Assembly: GCA_027487625.1 (NCBI GenBank)
Contig: JAIYDG010000525.1
Span: forward strand, 1 to 58,570
Source of the DNA: Bacteroidota bacterium
Lineage (GTDB): Bacteria; Bacteroidota; Bacteroidia; UKL13-3
Direction of reading: 5' to 3'
Length of the DNA stretch: 58,570 bases
The notes under the pieces are model-generated. The model was not told where the DNA came from and did no database searches. It worked only from the letters and a program-made list of their open reading frames with translations. Of the stretch, positions 38,676 to 47,078 are shown one piece after another (the stretch's first letter is position 1; each line of letters opens with the position of its first letter). A program made the position numbers and the translations under genes.

Positions 38676-41600
38676 ATGCAAAAAAAACTACTTTTTATTA
38701 TAATTTCTTTCTTTACTATTCATCAATCTTTCTCTCAAACTTTACAAAATAATTTTTGGGAAACCGATGGTGTTGTAAATTCAATGGTTAAACTAAATAA
38801 TAAACTTTATTTAGCTGGAGAGTTTAATTATGTTGGGCCTAATACTGGTTCTTTTGCAGGTTTTTACGCTACAAGTCAACAAAATTTTGATAAATCGGTC
38901 AATATAAATGGTATTGTACATGCAATAGCAAAAGATGCAACTGGCCGAGTTTATATTGGTGGTGAATTTACAGAACAAGGCAGAACCAATTTATTGGTTT
39001 TAAACCCTGACGGCACATTAAATTCCTTAAATATTTCAGTAAATGGTCCTGTTAAAGCATTAAAAGTTACTGCAAATATTCTTTTAGTAGGAGGTAGTTT
39101 TAGTGAAGTAGGATCTGCTGAACGTTTAAATTGTGCTGCAATTAATATTTCTAATGGACAAATTTTGCCATTGGCTCCAAATCCTAATGGAGAAGTTAAT
39201 GCATTTGAAATTGCTGGTGCTGAAATTATACTTGGTGGTTCATTTACAAGTGTAGCTTCACAAGAAAGATATGGAATTGCTTCAATTAGCGCGATTAGTG
39301 GTAGTTTACAATCTTTAAATACTAAAGTTGAAGGAACAGTAAAGTCATTATTATTAGATAATGCTACTTTATTTATTGGTGGATTATTCACCAAATTGGA
39401 TACAAGTGATAGGAATAACTTAGGTGCAGTTAATATGTTTGATAACACTGTTACTTTCTTTAATCCTAACGTTAATGGTAATGTTAATTCCATGGCCAAG
39501 GATGAAAGCATTCTTTATATTGGCGGAGCTTTCTCTTCAATTGGAAATGAAACACGTAATAATCTAGCTGGTTTAAATAAACTTACAGGTTTAGTTAGTA
39601 CATTTAATCCTTCACCAAATAATGAAGTATTTTCTTTATCACACTCATCGGGAATTTTATATTCTGGAGGATTATTTACCAATATTTCTGGTCAACCTAA
39701 AAAGTTTTTTGCAGCAATAAATTCAAATGCGAGTTTAGCTTCATGTCCTTTAATTTCAGGAAGTGTTAATGCGGTAAGTAGTTCTGGTGATACAGTATTC
39801 GTAGGTGGAGATTTTTCAAGTTTTGGTGGTGCTAATCGTTCTAACTTGGCAGCTGTTGATTTTCAAACTGGTGTTCCAACTTCGTTTGGTCCAATGGTAA
39901 ACAATGGTATTCATGTTATAAAAGAGTATTCTGGTTTATTGATTCTTGGTGGTAAATTTACTAGCATTGGTTCTATTGCAAGATCTGGATTAGCAATTAT
40001 TGATACCTTATCAGGAGTTCCGATAACACTTAATGCAAATGTTAATGGTTATGTAAATGATATAGAAATTGCGGGTAATGAAGCATTTTTAGCTGGTAGT
40101 TTTTCTTCTATTTCAAATGAAAATAGAAGTAATTTAGCGTCAATTTCACTTGCTACAGGTGTTGTAGATTCTTGGAATCCAGGTTCAAATGATGAAGTTC
40201 ATTCATTATTGTTACACGATCAATACTTATATGTTGCCGGTGCTTTTACTACTATTGCTTCTTCAAATAGAGGTAGATCTGCTAGATTCGATATCGCTTC
40301 TGGAAATGTACTTAATAGTTGGAACCCTTCTGCAAATGGTACTGTTTATGATATTCTTGTAGATGATGATAAGGTATATTTGGCAGGAAGCTTTTCGGGA
40401 TTAAATGAAGATTTTTCAAGCTCAATTGCGGCTGTTGATACTTCCATTGGTGCAAAAATTTCTACTTTTATTCCAGTTGTATCCGATGAAATGCACACTT
40501 TGCTTTTAAATGGTTCAATCTTATTTGCTGCAGGAAATTCAACTTTTGGAATTATACCAGTTAATGTAGAAAATTCAGAAATCTTGAATTTAGGTATTCA
40601 AGGTGAATTTACTAGTATTAACAATCTTGATTTAATTGAAGGTAACTTGTTTATGGCTGGCGACTTTAAATTAACTGAAGTTTCTAATCGTAGGAATTTT
40701 GCTGTTTTTAATATGAATGAAATTAGCCCAAATGTTTCTGCTTCATCATTAAGTTTTACTGAGGTTTCTCCAATTAGTATGAAATTAAATTTTACTAAAG
40801 GAAATGGAAAAAAGAGAATAGTTATAGCTCATGAAGGTTCTGCAGTAGATTCTCTTCCTTCTGATGGTAAGTATTATGCAGCTAACTCAATGTTTGGTAT
40901 AGGTGAAAGCATTGGATTTGGTAATTATGTTATTTATAATGGTACTGAAAATTCAGTTGAATTAACTAGTTTGAATATTGGAACTACTTATCACTTTTCT
41001 GTTATTGAGTATAATGGATTTGGTTCATATTCAAAATATGCATCATCAAATGCTTTAATTGGTTCACAAGCTACAATTCTAGGTTATGAAGCACCTACGA
41101 TATCAGCTTCTTCAATTCAATCAAAAGAAATCAAAACCAATTCAATGAAAATTTCATGGACAAAAGGTAATGGTTCAAAAAGAATTGTTGTTGCAAAAGA
41201 AGCTTCTGCTGTAAATGCAATTCCTACAGATAGCACAGCCTTATTTGCTAGTGATAATTTTGGTAATGGTTATGATTTAGGCGATGATAATTATGTGATT
41301 TATAACGAAAGTGGCGATAGTCTTGAATTATTAAATTTAAAACAAGGAACTACCTACCATTTTGCTGTTTTTGAATACAATGGTATTGATGCATTTGCTA
41401 GGGTAAAAACAGATAATCCAGCTTTAGCTAATTTTACTACACTCACACCTGCTGCAGAGCCAACTGAAATTTCTACAGGAATTACTTTCTCTGAAATTGG
41501 AACATCTTCTGTTAAGGTTTCTTGGACTTCAGGAAATGGAGCTAGTAGAATAATTGTTGCTTCTGAAAATCAAGATTTAATGAGCTCACCCGAAGATGGC

Positions 41601-42464
41601 GATAATTATTTTACTGATGGCAATTTTAGTGGTAATTCTTATGGTTTTTCAAACTCTGAAAAGGTTGTATATATTGGTACTGGAAATTCATGCACAGTTA
41701 CAGGCTTAAATCCGGGTTCTACTTATTACTTTGGTATTGTTGAATTTAATGGTACTGGATTTACTGTTAATTATTTACAATCTTCAGTTGCTAAAGGTAA
41801 TGTGAAAATTAAAATTCCTGGAACTCCTCCGGTTAATCCATCAAGGTCATTAACTTTTCCAAGAGTATCATCCGATTCTCTTTATTTGAAATGGATTAGT
41901 GGAATTGGTCAAGGTAGAATAGTTTTTGCAAGAAAAGGTGCCCTTCCTTCTGTTAAACCAGTATCTGGTGTTTCTTATAATGTAAATGCAAGTTTCGGAT
42001 TAGGTGATTCTTTGTCTGATGGCTCATTTGCAATTTACGATGGAAGTTCAAATGAAGCTTTTATTGCTAATCTTGAACCTAATACAATTTATGGTGTTGA
42101 AGTTTTTGATTATAATATTGGTGATTTCGGAAAAACTTATCAAACAGATTCATTTGCATTTGGACTAAAATCAACTGCTCCACTAACTGGTTTAAAAAAG
42201 TTTATAAGCGAAGATCAAGTAAGAATTTATCCAATTCCAGCTCAAAATCAATTGAATATTGACTTTGCTAAATCGATTAAAGGCAAATTAGAAATCAAAA
42301 TTTTCGATTTATCAGGGAAAGCAGTTTATGAATCATTGATAAGTCAAAATTTATCAAATCAAAATTTACAAATTGATTTATCTAATTTAGAGAATGGGAA
42401 TTTCATTCTGTATATCTCAAATGGTAAAGAATTTGTTACCAAGTCTTTAGTTGTTTCTAAGTAA
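38676..42464 (+). CDS. Large T9SS-secreted surface protein, a paralogue of the preceding gene: about 14 delta-60/DUF5122-like propeller repeats + 4 FN3-like modules + T9SS CTD
   Basis: 1262 aa with signal peptide ...IHQSFSQ. The roughly 50-aa repeats are very regular (LVGGSFSEVGSAERLNCAAINISNG, YIGGAFSSIGNETRNNLAGLNKLTG, FVGGDFSSFGGANRSNLAAVDFQTG and others). The four modules are NFTKGNGKKRIVIAHEG, SWTKGNGSKRIVVAKEA, SWTSGNGASRIIVASEN and KWISGIGQGRIVFARKG. The CTD spans about 42219-42461 (IYPIPAQNQLNIDF...GNFILYISNG). Confidence 0.9.
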   Translation: MQKKLLFIIISFFTIHQSFSQTLQNNFWETDGVVNSMVKLNNKLYLAGEFNYVGPNTGSFAGFYATSQQNFDKSVNINGIVHAIAKDATGRVYIGGEFTEQGRTNLLVLNPDGTLNSLNISVNGPVKALKVTANILLVGGSFSEVGSAERLNCAAINISNGQILPLAPNPNGEVNAFEIAGAEIILGGSFTSVASQERYGIASISAISGSLQSLNTKVEGTVKSLLLDNATLFIGGLFTKLDTSDRNNLGAVNMFDNTVTFFNPNVNGNVNSMAKDESILYIGGAFSSIGNETRNNLAGLNKLTGLVSTFNPSPNNEVFSLSHSSGILYSGGLFTNISGQPKKFFAAINSNASLASCPLISGSVNAVSSSGDTVFVGGDFSSFGGANRSNLAAVDFQTGVPTSFGPMVNNGIHVIKEYSGLLILGGKFTSIGSIARSGLAIIDTLSGVPITLNANVNGYVNDIEIAGNEAFLAGSFSSISNENRSNLASISLATGVVDSWNPGSNDEVHSLLLHDQYLYVAGAFTTIASSNRGRSARFDIASGNVLNSWNPSANGTVYDILVDDDKVYLAGSFSGLNEDFSSSIAAVDTSIGAKISTFIPVVSDEMHTLLLNGSILFAAGNSTFGIIPVNVENSEILNLGIQGEFTSINNLDLIEGNLFMAGDFKLTEVSNRRNFAVFNMNEISPNVSASSLSFTEVSPISMKLNFTKGNGKKRIVIAHEGSAVDSLPSDGKYYAANSMFGIGESIGFGNYVIYNGTENSVELTSLNIGTTYHFSVIEYNGFGSYSKYASSNALIGSQATILGYEAPTISASSIQSKEIKTNSMKISWTKGNGSKRIVVAKEASAVNAIPTDSTALFASDNFGNGYDLGDDNYVIYNESGDSLELLNLKQGTTYHFAVFEYNGIDAFARVKTDNPALANFTTLTPAAEPTEISTGITFSEIGTSSVKVSWTSGNGASRIIVASENQDLMSSPEDGDNYFTDGNFSGNSYGFSNSEKVVYIGTGNSCTVTGLNPGSTYYFGIVEFNGTGFTVNYLQSSVAKGNVKIKIPGTPPVNPSRSLTFPRVSSDSLYLKWISGIGQGRIVFARKGALPSVKPVSGVSYNVNASFGLGDSLSDGSFAIYDGSSNEAFIANLEPNTIYGVEVFDYNIGDFGKTYQTDSFAFGLKSTAPLTGLKKFISEDQVRIYPIPAQNQLNIDFAKSIKGKLEIKIFDLSGKAVYESLISQNLSNQNLQIDLSNLENGNFILYISNGKEFVTKSLVVSK

Positions 42465-42493
42465 ATTTAATTTCCTTCACCTTTATTTAAAAT

Positions 42494-44617
42494 ATGAATA
42501 AATTTCTACTAATTTTAGGTAGTTTCCTTTTACTACTTGGAGCATGTAAAAAAGACCTGAATTTTAACAAATTCGATGAACTTACTTTGAGTCCGGAATA
42601 TGCAATTCCTCTTGCTATTATTGATTTGGAAATGAACGACCTTTTAAAAGAGGACTCTAATATTGTTTATGACAATACAGGATTAATTCATTTTACTTTT
42701 AAAGAAGATACGATTGCGTCATTTCCGGTGGATAGTTTTGTTAAACTTCCTGAATTAACTCCAATTACTTCAAATTCAACTTTAGGTGTTCTTGATATTG
42801 ATAATACCTTTACTTCTGATGTAACTTCATTAGGTGATATGGCTACAAATTTTAATGCGCCCACAAAGGCAGCATTAAATTCAGCTAATGGAACAGTTAC
42901 TATCTTTCCAGCAATTACCGATAATAATAATACAGTAACAATTTTGCCGTATTCTAATTCTACTTTTTCTAATATTAATCTTTCTCAAGGATTTTTAGTT
43001 TTAGAATTTAGAAACCGTTTACCAGTTACAATTGATGTTGTTAGGCTGAATCTTTTCAATATGATTCCTTTTCAAAGTTTAATTGGTCAAGTTCTTTTTA
43101 CAAATATCCCTCCAGGTGGTGGTAAAAAAGATTCGATAAATTTGGCTGGATCAACATTAAGCAGCAGTCTTGGCTATAGTTTACCTCAATTTAGGTCTTT
43201 TGCAAGTCAAGCGCCTGTTCTAGTAAATTTGAATGATTCTATAATTGTTGATGCTACTACAAGTAATTTAAAATGTGCCTCTGGATTTGCCGTATTTCCA
43301 AATACAGAAATAAATGCACAAACTCTTGATATCGATATTAAAGCTGATGACCCAACAGCTCAGATAAAATTTGCTACTTTTAATTCAGGTTTAATTAACT
43401 ACAAATTATCTTCAACCATAAAAGAAAAGTTAAGCCTTAAAATTTTATTCCCAGGTGCTACAAAAAATGGTACCCCATTTCCTCCAATTGAAATTGATGT
43501 GAACAATGAAAGTAAATCTGGAGCGATTGATATCAGCGGAATGAAAATGGATTTGACTCAAGATATTTCTCAGCCTTATAACAAGTTGAAGGTTTTGGTT
43601 AAACCGACTTTAGTTTCGTCAGGTCAATTAAAATTGTTTGATTCGTCTGATTATGTGAATGCAGAATTTTCTTTTGATAATTTCCAGTTTGAAGCTATTG
43701 AAGGAAATTTAGGAAAGAAAACAATTCCAATTGATGCAAGTGATATAAAGTTAGATATGTTGGAAGACTTTAACACTGGATTTAATCTTGATGATCCTAA
43801 ATTAAAAATCAATACCAATAATTCAATGGGTATTCCAATTACTGTTTCCTTAGATGTTAATGGAGTAAGTGGTTCGGGGGCTACTCAAAAATTAAATGGA
43901 CCTCCATTTACAATTCCCTACCCAACTAGCTTAAATCAAGGAAGTGTAAACGGAACTTTTGTTTATGACAAAACTAATTCCGACTTGCCAAAATTAGTTT
44001 CTCTACCTCCTAAACAGGTTACTTTTGCTGGAGTAGCACAACTTGATACAAGCGGTAATTTTAACAGAAACAATGATTTCATTAAACGCGGATCATCAAT
44101 TACTGTTGGCTTCGAAATGGATTTACCTTTCAGTTTAAAAACAAATGACTTTACTTTATCTGATACAAGCGATAATCCTTTCTTTGAAGTTAGACCTGAT
44201 GGTACTTTAGGTAACTTTTTGTTAGGAAAAGACTTCGATTCTAACAATGTGGAATTCATAGATTTAATTGTTAAAATGGATAATGGTATTCCTTTTGATG
44301 GGAGTTTGTATATGTTTTTTGCTGATAAAGATGGTATCATTAAAGATTCAGTTTCAACTCCAAGATTTATTCAAGCTGCAATTCCTGATGCAAATGGGAA
44401 AACTATAAAAAATACGGTGAGTGTGAATACTGTTCGATTAACAGGTCAAAACTTAGCCGCTATGCAAAGGTCTAATTTGTCTAAAATGATTTTCAAATTC
44501 CAAATTAGTACCTATGCAAATGGCTCTCAAATCGTGAAAATCTATTCTGATTATAAGTCGAAAATTGGTCTAAGTGCCAAAATTAAGTTGAAGAATTATC
44601 AACCTCTTAAAAAGTAA
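42494..44617 (+). CDS. Hypothetical lipoprotein (707 aa), no recognisable domain
   Basis: Lipoprotein signal MNKFLLILGSFLLLLGAC. A long Ser/Asn/Thr-rich ORF in beta-rich style, separated by 29 nt and 24 nt from the flanking locus genes. Confidence 0.7.
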   Translation: MNKFLLILGSFLLLLGACKKDLNFNKFDELTLSPEYAIPLAIIDLEMNDLLKEDSNIVYDNTGLIHFTFKEDTIASFPVDSFVKLPELTPITSNSTLGVLDIDNTFTSDVTSLGDMATNFNAPTKAALNSANGTVTIFPAITDNNNTVTILPYSNSTFSNINLSQGFLVLEFRNRLPVTIDVVRLNLFNMIPFQSLIGQVLFTNIPPGGGKKDSINLAGSTLSSSLGYSLPQFRSFASQAPVLVNLNDSIIVDATTSNLKCASGFAVFPNTEINAQTLDIDIKADDPTAQIKFATFNSGLINYKLSSTIKEKLSLKILFPGATKNGTPFPPIEIDVNNESKSGAIDISGMKMDLTQDISQPYNKLKVLVKPTLVSSGQLKLFDSSDYVNAEFSFDNFQFEAIEGNLGKKTIPIDASDIKLDMLEDFNTGFNLDDPKLKINTNNSMGIPITVSLDVNGVSGSGATQKLNGPPFTIPYPTSLNQGSVNGTFVYDKTNSDLPKLVSLPPKQVTFAGVAQLDTSGNFNRNNDFIKRGSSITVGFEMDLPFSLKTNDFTLSDTSDNPFFEVRPDGTLGNFLLGKDFDSNNVEFIDLIVKMDNGIPFDGSLYMFFADKDGIIKDSVSTPRFIQAAIPDANGKTIKNTVSVNTVRLTGQNLAAMQRSNLSKMIFKFQISTYANGSQIVKIYSDYKSKIGLSAKIKLKNYQPLKK

Positions 44618-44641
44618 TTTAACTTAAAAGCATTTACGACA

Positions 44642-47017
44642 ATGAAAAGACTATTATTTATAATAACTATATTCCTTTGTAGCCTTTTAGCTGAGGCTCA
44701 AACTAATCTTACTTTTTATAATTTCAATTCTGTTGCACAAAGTAACTTATTGAATCCTGCATTACCTTCCCGACAAGGTTTTACCCTTGGTTTACTCGAT
44801 TTTTATGGTCATGGTTATGTTCCAGGTGTTACTATGTACGATATTTTCAGGAAAGATGAGACACAGGTAACCACAGTTGATAAATTACTTTCTAATCCGA
44901 ATTACCATTTGAGAGATATGCAGTTTAATTCTGAAATCAATCCTCTTTTTCTTGGATTTAGAATCAGAAAAAATTATTTCTCTTTTGGGATTCAAAATAC
45001 ATTAAATCACAATATTGGTTTGCCTAAAGATATACTTGGATTGGTTTATTACGGCAATGGAAGTACCTCTAAACTATTTGGTAAGCCGGTAAATATTGGT
45101 GAATTAGATGTTGAAATGAGCGCTATAACTTCTATTCATGCAGCTTACTCAAGAGATTTTGGCGATAAACTAAGCATTGGTATTAGAGCTAAATACAATA
45201 TTGGAATCTACCATACAAAGGTTGTTCGCAACCAAACTACACTTCTAACAGATAGTGGTGATAATGGTGCAATCAGATTAAATGCATCTACAGATTATGA
45301 GGCAGTTGCTTCTGGTGCTGATAGAATTGAAGATTTAGGAAATGCTACAACTTCTGCAGACCAAGTTAGAATTGCTACCGATTATTTGAATAAGCCAGTT
45401 GGTTCAGGTTATAGCTTTGATTTTGGTTTGAATTATAAAGCAAATTCAAAATTGAGTTTATCTGCTTCATTTTTAGATCTTGGGGTAATGAACTGGTATA
45501 ATGGTAAAAATTATTCAAGAAAAGCCACCTTTACATATGAAGGCGTTTTGACAGATGATCCTTCTAAACTCGATTCTGCTTTCGAAGACTTAGCTGACTC
45601 AGTTGGAAAAATATTAAAAAAAAAAAAAAAATCAGGTTCTTATACTACATCATTTAATCCAAAAGTTTATTTGGGTTTAAATTATAATCTTTATAAAAGC
45701 GGTACTTTAGGACTAGTTGCTTATGGTGAAATGTGGAAAGGCAAGTTTTATCCTGGAGCATCTATTGCATTCACTCAAAGAGTATGGAAAATTCTTGAGT
45801 TAAAGGTAAATTATAATATGTACCGAGAGCAATATTCAAACATTGGAGCTGGTTTGGCTGTGCATCTTGGTCCTCTTTCATTTTATGCTTTATCTGATAA
45901 TATGTTGGGCAATTACAATTGGGAAAAATCACATTATTCAAATACAAGAGTTGGTTTAAATATCAATATTGGTAACCGCTTTGATAGAGATAATGATGGT
46001 GTTCCTGATAGAAAAGATAAATGTAAAACTATTCCAGGAACACGTTTAATGAAGGGTTGTCCTGATGGCGATAAAGATTTAGTTGCTGATAATGTAGATG
46101 AATGCCCTACTGTAAAAGGTTCTCCAAAAGCAAAAGGCTGTCCAGATGCTGATGGTGACGGAGTAAATGATGCGTCTGATAGCTGTGTAAGTGTAAAGGG
46201 TGATCCTATTTTACATGGTTGTCCTGATACTGACGGCGATGGAGTAGCAGATTACAAAGACCAATGTCCTTCAATAAAAGGTTTATCTGAAAATTATGGT
46301 TGCCCAGATAAAGATGATGATGGTGTTTTAGATAAAGATGATGCTTGTCCTGAAAAGGCTGGTCCTAGATATCTAGATGGTTGCCCTGATATGGATAAAG
46401 ATAGTGTTGCTGATAGATATGATGCTTGTCCAGCTGTTCCGGGTTTAATCCAATTTAATGGCTGCCCTGATTCCGATGGTGATGGTATTATCAATAGTAA
46501 GGATAGTTGCATGGCTATTGCTGGTTTAGCTATCTATTCAGGATGTCCAGATTCTGATGGTGATTCTATTCCTGATTATAGAGATTTATGTCCTTTAGTG
46601 GCAGGAAAACCAGAAAACAATGGTTGTCCTAAGATTGAACCTAATGTGGTTGTTTTAACTGTTGAAGAACAAAAAGTAATAAATGAAGCATTCAGTAACT
46701 TGGAATTTGAAGTAGGTACCAGTAAAATTGCTGAAAAGTCGTTGAATAGTTTAGAAGAATTAGCAACTTTATTGATTTCAAAACCACTGTATAAGTTAGA
46801 AATTAGTGGTCATACTGATAATGTTGGAAATCCTGCTGCTAACTTAAAATTAAGTCAAAGCAGAGCTAATGCAGTAAAATCATTCTTAGCCTCAAAAGGA
46901 GTTTCAGTTGCTAGTATGAAAGCAACTGGATTTGGTTCTAAAAAACCAATTGCCGATAATAAAACAGCTGAAGGTCGTCAAAGAAACCGAAGAGTTGAGT
47001 TTAAAATTGTGAAATAG
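44642..47017 (+). CDS. Outer-membrane protein: N-terminal predicted beta-barrel + 8 thrombospondin type-3 Ca-binding repeats + OmpA C-terminal peptidoglycan-binding domain
   Basis: 791 aa with signal peptide ...SLLAEAQ. The first roughly 445 aa show an alternating beta-strand pattern, and the N-terminus FYNFNSVAQSNLLNPAL is faintly PorP/SprF-like. TSP3 repeats (CPDxDGDGVxDxxDxCPxxxG) follow. The OmpA_C domain reads LEISGHTDNVGNPAANLKLSQSRANAVKSFL...GRQRNRRVEFKIV. Confidence 0.88.
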   Translation: MKRLLFIITIFLCSLLAEAQTNLTFYNFNSVAQSNLLNPALPSRQGFTLGLLDFYGHGYVPGVTMYDIFRKDETQVTTVDKLLSNPNYHLRDMQFNSEINPLFLGFRIRKNYFSFGIQNTLNHNIGLPKDILGLVYYGNGSTSKLFGKPVNIGELDVEMSAITSIHAAYSRDFGDKLSIGIRAKYNIGIYHTKVVRNQTTLLTDSGDNGAIRLNASTDYEAVASGADRIEDLGNATTSADQVRIATDYLNKPVGSGYSFDFGLNYKANSKLSLSASFLDLGVMNWYNGKNYSRKATFTYEGVLTDDPSKLDSAFEDLADSVGKILKKKKKSGSYTTSFNPKVYLGLNYNLYKSGTLGLVAYGEMWKGKFYPGASIAFTQRVWKILELKVNYNMYREQYSNIGAGLAVHLGPLSFYALSDNMLGNYNWEKSHYSNTRVGLNINIGNRFDRDNDGVPDRKDKCKTIPGTRLMKGCPDGDKDLVADNVDECPTVKGSPKAKGCPDADGDGVNDASDSCVSVKGDPILHGCPDTDGDGVADYKDQCPSIKGLSENYGCPDKDDDGVLDKDDACPEKAGPRYLDGCPDMDKDSVADRYDACPAVPGLIQFNGCPDSDGDGIINSKDSCMAIAGLAIYSGCPDSDGDSIPDYRDLCPLVAGKPENNGCPKIEPNVVVLTVEEQKVINEAFSNLEFEVGTSKIAEKSLNSLEELATLLISKPLYKLEISGHTDNVGNPAANLKLSQSRANAVKSFLASKGVSVASMKATGFGSKKPIADNKTAEGRQRNRRVEFKIVK
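45616..45631 (+). repeat. A16 homopolymer inside the barrel-TSP3-OmpA CDS (currently in frame)
   Basis: Counted directly: tta + aaa x5. It encodes L-KKKKK-S within the predicted barrel region. Confidence 0.95.
45983..46624 (+). repeat. Coding tandem repeat array: one 25-aa unit plus seven 27-aa (81-bp) TSP3 units
   Basis: The units run DRDNDGVPDRKDKCKTIPGTRLMKG, CPDGDKDLVADNVDECPTVKGSPKAKG, CPDADGDGVNDASDSCVSVKGDPILHG, ... CPDSDGDSIPDYRDLCPLVAGKPENNG. The period was counted from the translation. Confidence 0.9.
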
Positions 47018-47031
47018 AAATATAAAGCCAT

Positions 47032-47062
47032 AAAAAAGGCGACCCTAGGGTCGCCTTTTTTT
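47032..47062. terminator. Bidirectional Rho-independent terminator between the convergent OmpA-family gene and ndk
   Basis: A6 + ggcgaccc-ta-gggtcgcc + T7, a perfect 8-bp GC-rich palindromic stem. Confidence 0.9.
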
Positions 47063-47078
47063 ATTGTAAAAGTCTGAT

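Noticed and set aside
38951-39511. 186-aa antisense ORF inside the second giant gene, and similar antisense ORFs at 33319-33699, 35467-35760, 36316-37440, 43963-44340 and 46294-46512
   Set aside because: The sense strand encodes highly regular, motif-rich repeats with signal peptide and T9SS CTD. The Gly/Ser/Asn/Thr codon bias of the sense frame leaves the antisense frames free of stops. The antisense products are Pro/Leu/Lys-rich and featureless.
45983-46624. Regular 81-bp periodic repeat that could be mistaken for a CRISPR-like or satellite array
   Set aside because: It is in frame within a 791-aa ORF and encodes canonical thrombospondin type-3 Ca-binding repeats. The units are divergent at the DNA level with no invariant repeat/spacer organisation, and no cas genes are nearby.
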